A stretch of DNA of 63,838 bases, counting the filler, from Octopus bimaculoides (taxonomy: Eukaryota): the NCBI RefSeq assembly GCF_001194135.2. It is 3 parts of 3 records of this genome, joined end to end, with 100 filler letters (N's around TTAATTAATTAA, not from the genome) between each part and the next. Parts side by side here need not be neighbours in the genome. Positions count along the whole stretch, not along the records: positions 33,231 to 63,838 come from NC_068990.1; 2 more parts are not named here. One strand, written 5' to 3'. Under the pieces are notes generated by a model, which worked only from the letters and a program-made list of their open reading frames with translations, had not been told where the DNA came from and ran no database searches. Shown here one piece after another: positions 36,677-50,518 of the stretch; within the stretch, counting starts at the first letter, position 1; the number at the start of each line of letters is the position of its first letter. Made by a program: the position numbers and the translations under genes.

Positions 36677-38626
36677 GCTAATGTGAGTTTGTGTGTGTGT
36701 GTGGCATATGTTCATGCATGTATGCAAAGTGTTATATATACGCACAGACGTGTATGTGTGTGTTATATGTTAAGTATAAGAGGGTGTATAACCACATGGA
36801 AGTTATCAATTAGAAAACAACAGCCAGTCTTCATGCACAAACATCACTCTCCACAACTCTTTATTTACTCTTTCAGTAGAACAACACTAAACAATCTACC
36901 AGACATAAAACATGAAGTGGAGAGGAGGAGGAGGAGAAAGAAGAAGAAGCAATTATTTATAAATTACAGAAGAAGAAAAACAAGAGTTTAAAAACTGTTG
37001 AAGTGATAGCAGTCAGTTGACCTTTAGATAACATTAACAGTAATTTGTGAACTACTGTAGAAAAAGAGAGATGAGGGAGGGAGAGGCTTATAATGGCTCT
37101 AGGCAGACACATATTCCTGTCACTGGTCAGGAGAGTAAGCCAGCATTGTATTAGAAGAGAGGTGTAGATAACAAACACGTATAATACTCTTGACACACAA
37201 ATGCAAAGGTTTCAAGCCCACAAGCAGTCCAGAACTTTTCTTTTACTAATGTCAGAAAATCCTAGCCTTAATAGAATCTAAAACTATGGAAAGCATTGTT
37301 TCAGCTTTTGACAGAAACCATATTTAAGGACGATTCTTTTCTTCATTCTTTTACTGGTTCCAGTCATTGACGTGAGGCCATGCTTGAGCACCAGTTTTTA
37401 ATCAGTCATACTGATAACCAACAACAGTTTGGTATTTATTTTATCAATCTCTATCAAATGGCTAATTTATATTTTGATATAATTGATCACAATGCAATGT
37501 TTTTATAAGGTGAGTGTGTGGTAAGGTTGTGACTTATTAAGGAAGATAATTCATCTCATTTCTAAGTCAATTTTCTTTAGATGGTAATGGAGGGGGGAAC
37601 CTCAAAGAAAAAAATTCACTCTTCATGCAAGAATTCCCTATAATTAATGTTACTAACTGAATTAAGTCTTCACATGCATTCATTATCAAGGTATTTCTAA
37701 ATGTGTGTGTGTGTACATACACTTATTTGCATGTAACTGCATGCTAGTACAAGTATGTGGGTGAAGTATTAATAAAAAGGATCTGAACTGATCAAAAATA
37801 AGATTAAAAAAGAAAAGAAAGAAAACAAATTCAGCCTGTCTCCATTCATCCACTTGTCATGTAAACCTGTCTGAAGGCACACGTATATGCATAAAGAAAC
37901 TAAAACAAATAATAATAAAAACAGACTTAGTTGTTTCCTAATGGAAAATGGTAATATTTGTGTTGAGTGAGAATCAATGAAATAACTTCCAAGTAATCAG
38001 TAACGGAATAGAACCATTATGGTACCAAGCCATGAGTAATATTGGAATCTGTCTTAATAAAAAATATATAAACAAGAACAGAAACATGCAGAATGCCTGA
38101 CTTGGTGAATGGCCTACACAGTTATTCAGAACAAACATGCAAATATGCAAGAGAAACAACCAAAGCTACAAAGATCTGTCTACAGATTCTACCTGTGTTT
38201 TTCCCTTTTTCTTTTTGTTCCCAAACCCCACTCCACCCCCATCACTTGTCAATGTTTTTATGATTCACTTTTAAATAACAGTGTGGCCCATAAGATCTCT
38301 AGCTTTATAGCTCCATTCTTATTTCTGTTTCCACATTTGGAATCAATTTTAACTTGCCCAGTTACAACAGAAATATAAGAAATACAATTAAATGCAATAA
38401 AAAAAAAAACACTAAAAGAATCATTAACAAAAAAATTTTTTTTGGTTACTTTAGCATTAGCAGAGGAAAAACTATTTTGAATAAAACTTCTGTCTTACTC
38501 TTCAGGAAATATTCTCTCACCATAAGTAGTGAACTTGCTCAAACATAAATTTTTACACACACATACACACTTGCTCTCTCATCTCACCCCCACACAATCA
38601 TTGTCTCTTTCTCCACCCAACCACCT

Positions 38627-38657
<31 letters not shown>

Positions 38658-39055
38658 TACACAAAAAAAAACCCCAAAATAATGTAGGCTAAATCAAATG
38701 ACTTTTTAGAATTTTCTAAATTCTACACTTGTTTCTACTGACACCAGAAACAATGTGGAGTAGCTACTTTCACTGAACCTACCTTACCCTATGAATTTGA
38801 ATACCTACATACAAAAAAGTCCCAGTATAAACACAGAGAATGCAACACATTTAGATATAAAAGAATCCATAATTTTAAAGTAATGGTATTAAACTCCAAA
38901 GAGGAATCTTTCCCTGTGAAGTACACCTGTCTATTACATATAAGGTTTCCAAATGGGATCCACTTTCAACATCCAGGTAAACTAAAAGCAAGTGGAATTG
39001 TTAACAAAATTTATGAGTTTAGAGTTCAATACCAAACAGATTTGTCCAGTGATGA

Positions 39056-39470
39056 GGCACAGGTATGGCTGTGTGGTTAAGAAGCTTGGGTTCAGCCTCA
39101 TCAAGCGATACTTTGGGCAAGTGCCTTCAACTATAGTCCAGGGCCATCTAAGTCCTTGTGAGCAGTTTTGGTAGACTGAAAGAAGCCCATTTCAAGATGT
39201 GTNNNNNNNNNNNNNNNNNNNNNNNNNNNNNNNNNNNNNNNNNNNNNNNNNNNNNNNNNNNNNNNNNNNNNNNNNNNNNNNNNNNNNNNNNNNNNNNNNN
39301 NNACCACATGGTTCCAGGTTCAGTCCCACAGCGTGGCACCTTGGGCAAATGTTTTCTACTATAGACAGAAACTGAAAGAAGCCTATCATTTTTGGGAACA
39401 TAAACGCAACAACACCAGTTGTCAAACAGTGGTGGTGGGGGACAAACAAAGACACACACACATGTAGAAA
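39056..39470 (+). mobile_element. SINE family A fragments (two heads separated by an N gap)
   Basis: gaggcacaggtatggctgtgtggttaag head and ccacatggttccaggttcagtccc second head. Confidence 0.7.
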
Positions 39471-39548
39471 ATCATCATCATCATTGTTTAGCATGGAAAG
39501 CGGACGTTAAACAACAACGATGATGATGATGATGATGANNNNNNNNNN

Positions 39549-39580
<32 letters not shown>

Positions 39581-41738
39581 CACACACACACACAAAAACA
39601 TACATACATATATATACACACACACAGACATACATAAACATAAGTAGCAGTGGAAAACAATTATAACTTTGATAGGTTTCAGTCAGTATAGGTCCAGGCC
39701 ATGTTTAAATAAACTTTAGGTTAGTTCAAAAATGTTTGGGACATATTTCAACTTCTAAAGGAAATTTCACTGTAGTTTATCATGAAGGTAAAAATTCTCC
39801 ATGGTAAAACTGCAGTGAAATTGACTTTAGAAGTTGTAATATGTCCTAAACATATTTGAACCAACCTAAAGTTTGTACACACACATATGAGTATATATAT
39901 ANNNNNNNNNNNNNNNNNNNNNNNNNNNNNNNNNNNNNNNNNNNNNNNNNNNNNNNNNNNNNNNNNNNNNNNNNNNNNNNNNNNNNNNNNNNNNNNNNNN
40001 NNNNNNNNNNNNNNNNNNNNNNNNNNNNNNNNNNNNNNNNNNNNNNNNNNNNNNNNNNNNNNNNNNNNNNNNNNNNNNNNNNNNNNNNNNNNNNNNNNNN
40101 NNNNNNNNNNNNNNNNNNNNNNNNNNNNNNNNNNNNNNNNNNNNNNNNNNNNNNNNNNNNNNNNNNNNNNNNNNNNNNNNNNNNNNNNNNNNNNNNNNNN
40201 NNNNNNNNNNNNNNNNNNNNNNNNNNNNNNNNNNNNNNNNNNNNNNNNNNNNNNNNNNNNNNNNNNNNNNNNNNNNNNNNNNNNNNNNNNNNNNNNNNNN
40301 NNNNNNNNNNNNNNNNNNNNNNNNNNNNNNNNNNNNNNNNNNNNNNNNNNNNNNNNNNNNNNNNNNNNNNNNNNNNNNNNNNNNNNNNNNNNNNNNNNNN
40401 NNNNNNNNNNNNNNNNNNNNNNNNNNNNNNNNNNNNNNNNNNNNNNNNNNNNNNNNNNNNNNNNNNNNNNNNNNNNNNNNNNNNNNNNNNNNNNTATATA
40501 TATATATATATATGGGTGTGTAAACAATAAACAGATGTATTAGTTTAATGCTTGGGAAGTGAAAAAGTCTTTTACGTTTTGAGCCTATGCTCTTTGACAG
40601 AAAGGGACACAGAAATAAACAGGGAGAGAAAATAGAAAAAGGTATAGTGGCTTGCAATCTATCATGGCGAATGCCAGACAGAAGGGTCACACAGGAGAGC
40701 TAGGAAGAATACCCAAATTGTGAAGTCAGTTATGTAATAACATGAAATTAGTTACCTGAAAGTAGCTCTGAAAAGCGCTTTAATGCATTTCCAGAGTATA
40801 TAGAACATAGGACGAAATACTAATAGGATATGTATACTAAAATCGTGAAGCATGTTACGTAATAACAGGTTAATCAGAGAAGAGTTAATATCAATTCAAA
40901 ATAAATAACTCTGGAAAGGGCTTTTGTGCGTTCCTAGAGAATATTACCCTCAGGGGTGCTAGTGTTGGTATATTCTTGAATAAGTCACTAACCAAAATAA
41001 GTGGATCTATTGTTTAGGAAAATACTATTTACTTGTTTAAGGGTTGTACTGAATAAATTGCAAAAATAACTCAAACAGTTCCAATACTAAAAAATAAGCA
41101 TACTCAATTTTATTTTTACCAAAAAAATTTAGGAAAATGAATGGGTTATTTCCCTTGGTTTTTAAAATAGAATTAGATATATAAAAGGATCCCTTCCAAG
41201 GGCCCTATTATCAATTTTTTAAAACAGTCTGAGTATGCTGTAAGGTTTCCAGACATGAGTTCTACTCATATGTCAAGTTTCATCAAAATCAATAAAACGA
41301 TGTAGGCGGAGGTAGCTAACAACTCCACAAACACACCTACAGACAGAATTTCCCACATATGTAGTAAATGTGTGTGTGTGTGTGTGTGTGTATACACATA
41401 CATACACACACACAAATTTATATTAAATATATATTATAGTGTAACACTGGTATCCAGGTGGTGGATGCATAAAGTGAGTAACCTTTAATCAATAAAAAGT
41501 AAAAGAATTTTGTGTAAGTTGTTTTTAAAGGCTGAATGGATATTAAAACCTTTTAAAACCCAGCTGAATACCAAACAAAATTGTGAAAAAGCATTTTATT
41601 GCCTAGCAACTGCACTGCCATAATATGAAACTAAGTGAATCAGCCACTGAGTCACCACTGACTTGTCTGACTTGAATTAACAGCATAAAGATAGTAATCT
41701 AGGAATGAAACAGTTCAAAGAATGCCAGGTGATATTAG

Positions 41739-41805
<67 letters not shown>

Positions 41806-41887
41806 AATAAAGACAAAAATAAATAAATATTATCAGTGTAGTTGCCACCTGTTGTCAACATTGAACAAGTTAAAGAATATTTAATAC

Positions 41888-41962
41888 TTTTTCTTCTTTC
41901 TTTTCTATTTTCATAAACTTGTGGATGCCATCTGAGTAATTCTCCAAAAATACTATCATCAT
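41888..41962 (-). CDS. Most protein-like candidate exon of the minus-strand gene (DDSIFGELLRWHPQVYENRKERRK)
   Basis: attttaag acceptor, GTATTA donor, 75 nt, phase 1/1, compatible with the flanking candidates at 42187-42238 and 38938-38981 or 38788-38804. Confidence 0.4.
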
Positions 41963-42684
41963 CTTAAAATCTGATTTTTCATGCTTGCATGGGTTCTACA
42001 ACAACAGCAATCTTTAAATACCCAAGCAGTGTACCACCATCTAACTACATCTCACTGTCTTTAAACAACTACTTCAATGTATGTGTATGTCTCAGAATAT
42101 TAAACAACTAATGATCTAAATATTACATCTGTTAATTTTCAATAATGAATGCAATGTAATTTACAGTGTCTCCTTTATACTCATACTGCTGCATAATGTG
42201 GATGCAATAGGATGCAACAGATCAAGATAGCAACTTGTCTGAATCAACCCACCACCACCACCACCACCACCACCAAAAAAAAAAAAAAACCTTGATAGTA
42301 CTGTTAAACTGAGTGATGAATTAAGAACATTTCTCCACCACCAAATTATATTTTCAAATACAGAAATAAATTTATTAGAGGTATAGGGATGGCTGTGTGG
42401 CTAAAAAGTTTGCTTTGGAACCATGAGATTACACATTCAGTCCTACAACATGGTGCAGTAGGTTGGTGTCCTCTATTATTGCCATGAACTCATTAATACT
42501 GTATGAATGAAAATGGAAACTGGACGAAGCCAATTGCATAAATATGTGCATGTGTGTGTATGCAACTGAATGAGTATACCCCTTGCCTTGACATGCTTAG
42601 TGTAAACAAAGCCTCACTAGTCATGCATACATTATTTGCTTGTAGTCCACTGCAAAAGCATGGCCAAGCTTCTTGACGTGCGTG

Positions 42685-42724
<40 letters not shown>

Positions 42725-43614
42725 AACACACATGCTACTGTAAACAATTACCGTCACCATTCATAGAAACAGTGTTGCTTGTTTGTAGTCCACTGTTTAC
42801 AATACTTGGGAATTATTACCATGCTTGGAGACAGGTGAGGTTGATGTGAGGTTGATGTCAGGTTATATGTCAGCCATAAACAACTTCTGCTTTAATAAAA
42901 TATTATCTGAACCATGGAAAAATAAATGTTAAAATGATGATGATCACAATGAAGAGGAAGAAGTCAACAACCCACTGATAGCAATAACATTGAAATATTG
43001 GTTGTTTAAGAAAAATGAGGTGAAGTATTACTAGTAAATATCATTGGAAGTAAACAGCAAAAGATGCTCCCTGTCTAACTTCATAGAACATAGGGTTAAT
43101 GTGATAGGATGTCAGAATAAACCTGAAACTGTAGAGATTAACAGTTGAATCAAGTGAGGAATATAACGGAAGAATGGAACTGAAGATATTTAATGTAAGA
43201 CATGTTAGTAAGGTCAGGTGGAATAACAGAAACTAATATTTCACTGTGTATAAGTGCATGTGTGCAAGAAATAACATGCTGCAACTAATTGCAATCATGA
43301 TAATGTTAACATCCTCAAGATAAGTGTTTGGAGGAAAACCATAAATCTCTGGAATATAGATGTAAGTGAGAAGTTGACAATTCTTTGTTAAATTATGTCA
43401 CCTAAGACATGCAAATGTCACTTCAGACATGCTAGAAACAACAGGTAAAGGACAGGATTTCTGGGAGAACTACCTTTTAAATTATATTGAAAATCAGGTT
43501 TTTAAATACACTCTTCACAAACACAAATTACAGAATAGGAAAAGGTGATTTCAATTGGATTTGAGCTGTAATTTTGCACTTGCACATAGCAAGAAATCAT
43601 ATAATTCATACAGA

Positions 43615-43688
<74 letters not shown>

Positions 43689-44357
43689 CACAAAGGGAAG
43701 TTATTTAATGGCATTCTTTCGTTTGAAGCAGGAAAGTTGTCAACTCAATCATATGGGATCATATGATTGTTCGTTAATTTCCATAAAATTTTTTTTTATT
43801 TCTTCATGCTTTGACAAGAGCAGAAATTGACAGAGAAGAGAAAGTGAAAAGGTGACATTTGCTTTGAAGTGAGAGCAGTAAGTGAAAGATGTTTGTACAT
43901 GTATTTGAAATGGATGTGTGCATGTGTATGAGAGAGAGAGAGTGAGTGAAGGTATGTGTTGTCATGTACATATTTTTTGCATGTATGTGTAAGTGGTACT
44001 CATTCTCTCTCTCTATCTCTCACACACACATTATCTTTCATATTCACATACATAAATACATATGCATACAGCTTTTTTTGCATGTATGTGTGCATGTGCA
44101 AGTGAGAGACTATTTCCTCATAACATATAGAGAAATGAATGTCTTTTAAGGTACATACTCATATAGAAAATGTGATGTCATCATTGTCATGGCATAAAAT
44201 GTCATCTAGGATAGTTGAATTATAGAAAGATTACAATGTTAAATTTTTGTAATGTAAATATGTAAATGAAAAAGTATATTTGGTACATCAAAATCAGCAA
44301 CTCAGTTTTCGTATGAATAAGAAAGATTAGCGAGCACACACACACACAAACAAACTC

Positions 44358-44399
<42 letters not shown>

Positions 44400-46890
44400 A
44401 AGTGTCCCTGTTTGTCATTCTCCCACATTCCCTGTGTGTCTATCTCTTCCTGTTTCCCCCCTTCTCTGATATCAACCACCCTCATTATGCCACATTTCCC
44501 TGAACCTAACACTTTTCACCCCTCTCATTTTATCATGTAATAGCCCAACCCCTGTAACTGATCCATTATCGATTTTTATTCAATCCAATTAGCCTATAAT
44601 TGTTAGTTCAACATGAAAGCAAAGTTTGGTGAAAATTGGTTTCCTGAATTGGGCAGCAAGATGGTAACAGACAGANNNNNNNNNNNNNNNNNNNNNNNNN
44701 NNNNNNNNNNNNNNNNNNNNNNNNNNNNNNNNNNNNNNNNNNNNNNNNNNNNNNNNNNNNNNNNNNNNNNNNNNNNNNNNNNNNNNNNNNNNNNNNNNNN
44801 NNNNNNNNNNNNNNNNNNNNNNNNNNNNNNNNNNNNNNNNNNNNNNNNNNNNNNATATATATATATATATAGATAGATAGATAGATAGATAGATATGCAT
44901 GTATGTATTGTGTGAGTGTTTCTTTGCAATGGACAGCAGAAAAGCTACCTACCCACTGTCTCCTTAAAGCTATGTGTATTCCTCATACCCACCTTTCTCT
45001 GTGTTTGTGTGTGTTGTGTCTATGTATTTACGAATGCAGCCTTGTGTGTATATGACAGCTATAGTAACGTTAGCATCCCATTCCCACTGCTGTTCTCGCC
45101 TTCACTGACAGATGTCACCCACTCTCTCTCTCTCTTTATTTGTGGCGATGATAGGCATTGCTCTCATATGACAGCTATAGTAATGTTATCACCCCATTAC
45201 CATCGCTGTTCTTGCATTCATTGATAGAAGTCACCTTCTCTCTCAGACTTATAATTTTGCAGCTTTCTCATTTTATCATATAATTTGCCCAACACCCCTG
45301 GTGGGGGTGCACATTATAGATTTTTATTGAAATCCAAATAGCCTATTATTGAACTGGATGTTAGTGTCACATGTATGCAAAGTTTCAATGGTTTAGGCAC
45401 TAAGCTGGTGACATATATATATATTCACAGTATACTACCAGTAAATGACAAGTATGAGTTGCTTCCATGTACTTTAAGTCAATACTAGTACCCAGTCGAT
45501 CTTGGCACCCTACATGTTGATATACCTAGATTCTAACAAATCTTGCAATTGATATATGTGTGTATGTGTGTGTTCATTTTGAATATCTGTGAGAAATTGG
45601 ATTTGGAATAGCCTCAGGCTGTTATCATACAACTGGTTCCTGTCAAATGGTCAACATGAGTGGAACCAACTAAGACAGTGTTTAGGGACTGGGACAGGTA
45701 AAAGAAAATAGCTTTTAAAGTTTAGTACTTGTCAAACAGGTGACAGGAGTGTATGGTCTGTTAGGAAATAGTGAACATTTCTAACTGTGTTTGAACCATC
45801 AAGTGCAATTTCCTATGAAGTGAGAGTTCCGTATAGAGAAAACATTCAAATTTACAATCAATTTGATGTGTAAAATTTCTCTTAGATATTCTTGAAAGTA
45901 ATTTGAAGGTGAGAGAGAGAGAAGGGGAGTTGCAGAGATCAGAAATGTTAACATGAACTGGATGAAATCATGAAAACAGATGTTACAGAATTGGGATTGC
46001 TAATCTTTCTGACCAGCAGATCACAATATAACACACACACATCACACCACCATTATATCAAATTACTACAGCAAGAAATATGTAATAGAGTCAGAGATTT
46101 TTGGCAAAAACACAATATAATAAATTGTATGCCGTAGTTCAGTATATTGATAAAAGTTTACAGTTGAGCAAATATGCTCTAAATACAATATCCAAATAAC
46201 ACAGACACACATTATCACTTATTAATGTGTCTACAGCATTAGTTTTGTTTCAAAATCCACACTAATTGGAGGAAGATTATTTCTCCAACTAGATAACAAT
46301 AATTAGATAAGTCAGTTAGATGAGCGAGGTCCAGGCAGCTTAGTGCAACACTGTTATAACCCACAACTCTAGCGTTTAGGCAACAAACAGAAATAGCTCT
46401 TTATGGCCAGTAGAAACAATAGTTAATACTAAATATAATCTCAATATATTACTGGTAAATAGAAGGCAGAATCCAGGCAAACCTTCAAACTACTCATAGG
46501 AGTCAGATACTAAAAAACGCTGGTTTCAATGACAAAATACAATTTAGCTTTCATTAATTTCTTAAGTAGGGAATGTTTTTAGCAGAGGCAAAAGTTTTGA
46601 TTTGATTCTCAATACTATTTTATTAACTCAAACGGCAACATGAAAACAGTCTCAAGATGAAGCTTGGTATGAAAGATGTAGAATCAGTTTAACCAATTCC
46701 AATATATTACTGATGAACAAGAGGAAACTGACCCTTTAATACCAACCCACCCGAGACTGAACCTGGTCTCAAATGGGTTGATACCAAACTTCCTGTTTCA
46801 AAGTGATCCAAACTAAAACCTTTCATCAAAATTTAAGTTCCAAACACCAGTTTAATTATCACAGTTATTTTACAAAATTCTTTGTTGAAG

Positions 46891-47365
46891 ACCTGTCAAG
46901 CCAAGTGAAATCATAGTTGTGGCCAATGCCAGTGTCATGTAACTGGCACCTGTGCTGGTGGCACGTAAAAAGCATCTTTTGAGAGTTGGGCCTCACAGAG
47001 GTAATGTGGCTGATGCCAATGCCGCGTAACTAGTACCTGTGCCAGCGGCATATAAAAAGCACCTTTCAAGCATTGGGCCTCATGGAGGCAATGACAAATG
47101 ACTGAGATCATTGGCAATATGCTGTGCTTGAGTAGAAGACCCATCAAGCCAAGTGAAATCATAGTTGTGGCAGATACTGGTGTCATGTCAGTGGCACATA
47201 AAAACACCCATTACTCTCAGAGTAGTTGATGTTAGAAAGGGCATCCTGCTGTAGAAACCATGCCACATCAGTCTGGAGTTTGGTACAGCCCCTCAGCTTA
47301 CTAGATCTGCTCAAACTGTCCAACTCATGCCAGCATGGACAATGGGCATTAAATGATGATGATGA
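46891..47365 (+). mobile_element. RTE-clade LINE 3' UTR with internal repeats and (GAT)n tail
   Basis: Homologous to 5259-5555 and to the reverse complement of 55634-56040. Confidence 0.8.
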
Positions 47366-49561
47366 ATTAACACAGAAGCAATATATTCAATAACAAAATG
47401 GTTAAACTGGAACCAAAAGAATGGAAATTAAGTACTGCAAGAGATTCTGTCTGACATGATTCATCCAATACCATAGTGCTGCAAAATGTACTGCAATATT
47501 TACTGCATTCCATATTCTTAGCTTCAATTTAAAATTCCACCAGGATTTTAAGGAGCTGCTATGGCTGGTGGTTAAGAAGCTTCAGGCACTATGCCAATGA
47601 CAAAATAAAAAAATGTCATTCAGGCTCTCAATTACAACAGTTATTCCATGTATATTATTGTGTCTAATATCTCTTTAACAACAGTCCTCCCTGTCATTAA
47701 AGAGATATCAGGCACAAATTATAGAGTCCCACACAAATAATGGCTGATTAGATATTATCAGCAGACCAAATTCTGACTGTCACAATACTAACACATCCTT
47801 TACACGCACACACACATTTTCTTTTTCTAATGCCAGCATTATTTATTATCCCAAATAAATTTTCTGTGAATGTCAGAACAATTTACTTACCAGGATAATT
47901 ATTGAAGTGCTATGAAATGAAAGCTCAAGCTGACATTTACTGGAAAGCAAGCTGGCATTTAGCGCTTAAGAAATATGCTTCCAACTGGAAGAAAATAATT
48001 CTTCCATATTTTAATCTCTTTGAAAGATTTTCATATAAATTTGTTTATTTTGCTACAAGTATATTGATCTTCAGTAAGAACTTTAAAGATATCTGTTACA
48101 TCTCTTTTAAGATTGTTGTACATAAGACATTCACAAAGACAAACTCTTAGAAATAGAGCATTTACTTTTCCTTCTATGTTGATGATAGGATAGATATTTA
48201 TGAGCAGAAAAATATAAATATAACAACCAATACACATGAAATAGATGACACAAATAGTACATGTACACACACACACACTTTTTTGCATTCTCAATATCAT
48301 CTCTTACTCTTATTTCTCTTCCTGTCTTCTCCTTTACACCTCATTCTACCAATGACAACCCCACTATTTATGCTTGTCTTCCACTATTTCCACCCCTATG
48401 TACTTTTGACCTCATTCTTGGCACTGTGCATCTCTCACACACAACTCATATTCCAACATCACCTGTACTTCCACCTATCATCTCCCTGTCCCAATCATAT
48501 TTCCTCCATCTTTCCTCTTTCAAACTAGTGGTCATCATTGGTAACACCTCTACTCATGTTCACGGTTCACTGCATTCATCATTATCCTCATCTCTATCCA
48601 TTCGTCAGTTTCCTTTCACACTCTTGCAAACTTACTTACCCATTCACTTGGCCCAGTTCTCTGGACCACTTATACTCCCTGTCTTGTATTCTGAGGGTAT
48701 GTTTTCTCACCTCTTCAACATCTGCCTGTTTCCAACTAAGATAGCAAGGTATCTCCTCCACTGCAAGAAGTTTGTTTCTGTCCCTCTACTTTACTCTTTC
48801 AGCACTTGGCATAAAACTACCTCCTACAACTGAGGGCTCTTTTCTTGTAAGTTATTTGATGATGTCACTAGTCCTGGTGTCATTCTGTAAAGTGGTTAGC
48901 ATTAGGAAGGGCATCCAGTCATAGACACCACGCAAAAGTAGATATTGAAGCTTGATGCAGCCCTCTGGCTTGTTAGTTCCTGTCAAACAATGCAATCTAT
49001 TCCAGCATGAAAAAAAGACTTTAAAATGGTGATGATGTGACGAGGATGATATTTACATGTATATATACTCTTCACCTTCACCACCATATTTTTCTGTGAT
49101 ATCAGTCATCTCCTACATTCCTCTACTCCATTAACTCATATATCATTCGTCAACCTACCCTTATCCATTGTCAACCCTTCAACCCAACCTAATTTCTACA
49201 GTTGTCACCTCATCTCCCTTGCCTATCATTCTTCAACACTTGTTGCTCACTATATTCATCCTCTCACCTATTCTCCATCTTTAATCATCTCTTACTCTTC
49301 CATTCACTCTTGCAACTGCTACCCACCCACACTCTCTGTTACCACACACTTTCACTCACAGGATACCTTGGTAGATTACGCTGACACCACACTACTATTT
49401 TTTATCTTTTTCCAGTTCAATACTGGCTACTCCAACCCTCTACTTTATAATGTGAGCAGCCATGTAGCTCCTCTATAGCAAGCAGACATGGAAAAACAAT
49501 GCAGTCCTTAGATGTGTTGGATCCTGTCAAACCATGCCAAAATAAAACAGATATTAAATGA

Positions 49562-49616
<55 letters not shown>

Positions 49617-50518
49617 CATATATACACACACACACCCGTGTGTGTGTGTTTTGCAGCCTATGATGCTGGTTGGGGCAGGTCAGGCAAAAAAAAAAACAAA
49701 AAAAAAAATCACACACCAATATTTAATTCCCATTCCCTTGGTTCCAGTTAAAATCCTACAAGGAGCAGTTTACTCTTGTCATTTATCAGAAAATATATAT
49801 ATTTATTTATTCCTCAAATTATTTATAACATGCTAAAACAGTATGGTTTAGGATTAAATATCTGGACCAGCTGTTAAAAAAAAGTTCTTAAAATATTAAA
49901 GCCTATGTTCTTAAAATTCATGTCTGATAAATAAACAGTCACAGAAAATTAATACTAACTATATTTCACAATGAAAATCTAGAGTTTAAGCAACATTTTT
50001 AGCAGTCAGAAAATGTTCTGTACTGAACTTGATTTTTAGCCAATCTTGATAATGTGTATACAAAACATATGAATAAATCCAGTAGAACAGAATGTAGATT
50101 TTTGAAACTTGTCGCCAATAAAGTTTGCTTACTTTCATAGAATATATAAAAGCTAGCAGACTTTCTTGTATTGTACAAGCACAGCAATATAATAGTAAAC
50201 CATATGAGGCAAGATGAATGTAAAGTGGAAACACTACACAAATTAGATTGGAGATAATATATTTCTGTATAGGAAGGTGGGTTGGTTGAATTGATAGAAT
50301 ATTGGGCAAAATAGGTTATGGTATTTAGTCAAAATTCCATTCTGAATTCAAATTCTATGTCCTGTTGTATACTCCATTTAGAATAGGTACACTGAAACCA
50401 TGTGGTAAGAGGCAATTAAAAGGGTTGGTATCAGGAAAGGCATCTGCCCATAAGACACTTCCATCCAATCCACACTAGCAAGAGAAAACAGACATAAAAA
50501 TTGATGATGATGATGACC

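Noticed and set aside
48261-48833. 190-aa ORF
   Set aside because: C/T-rich low-complexity, repeat-like sequence; the Leu/Ser/Pro/His-rich translation has no motif or splice support.
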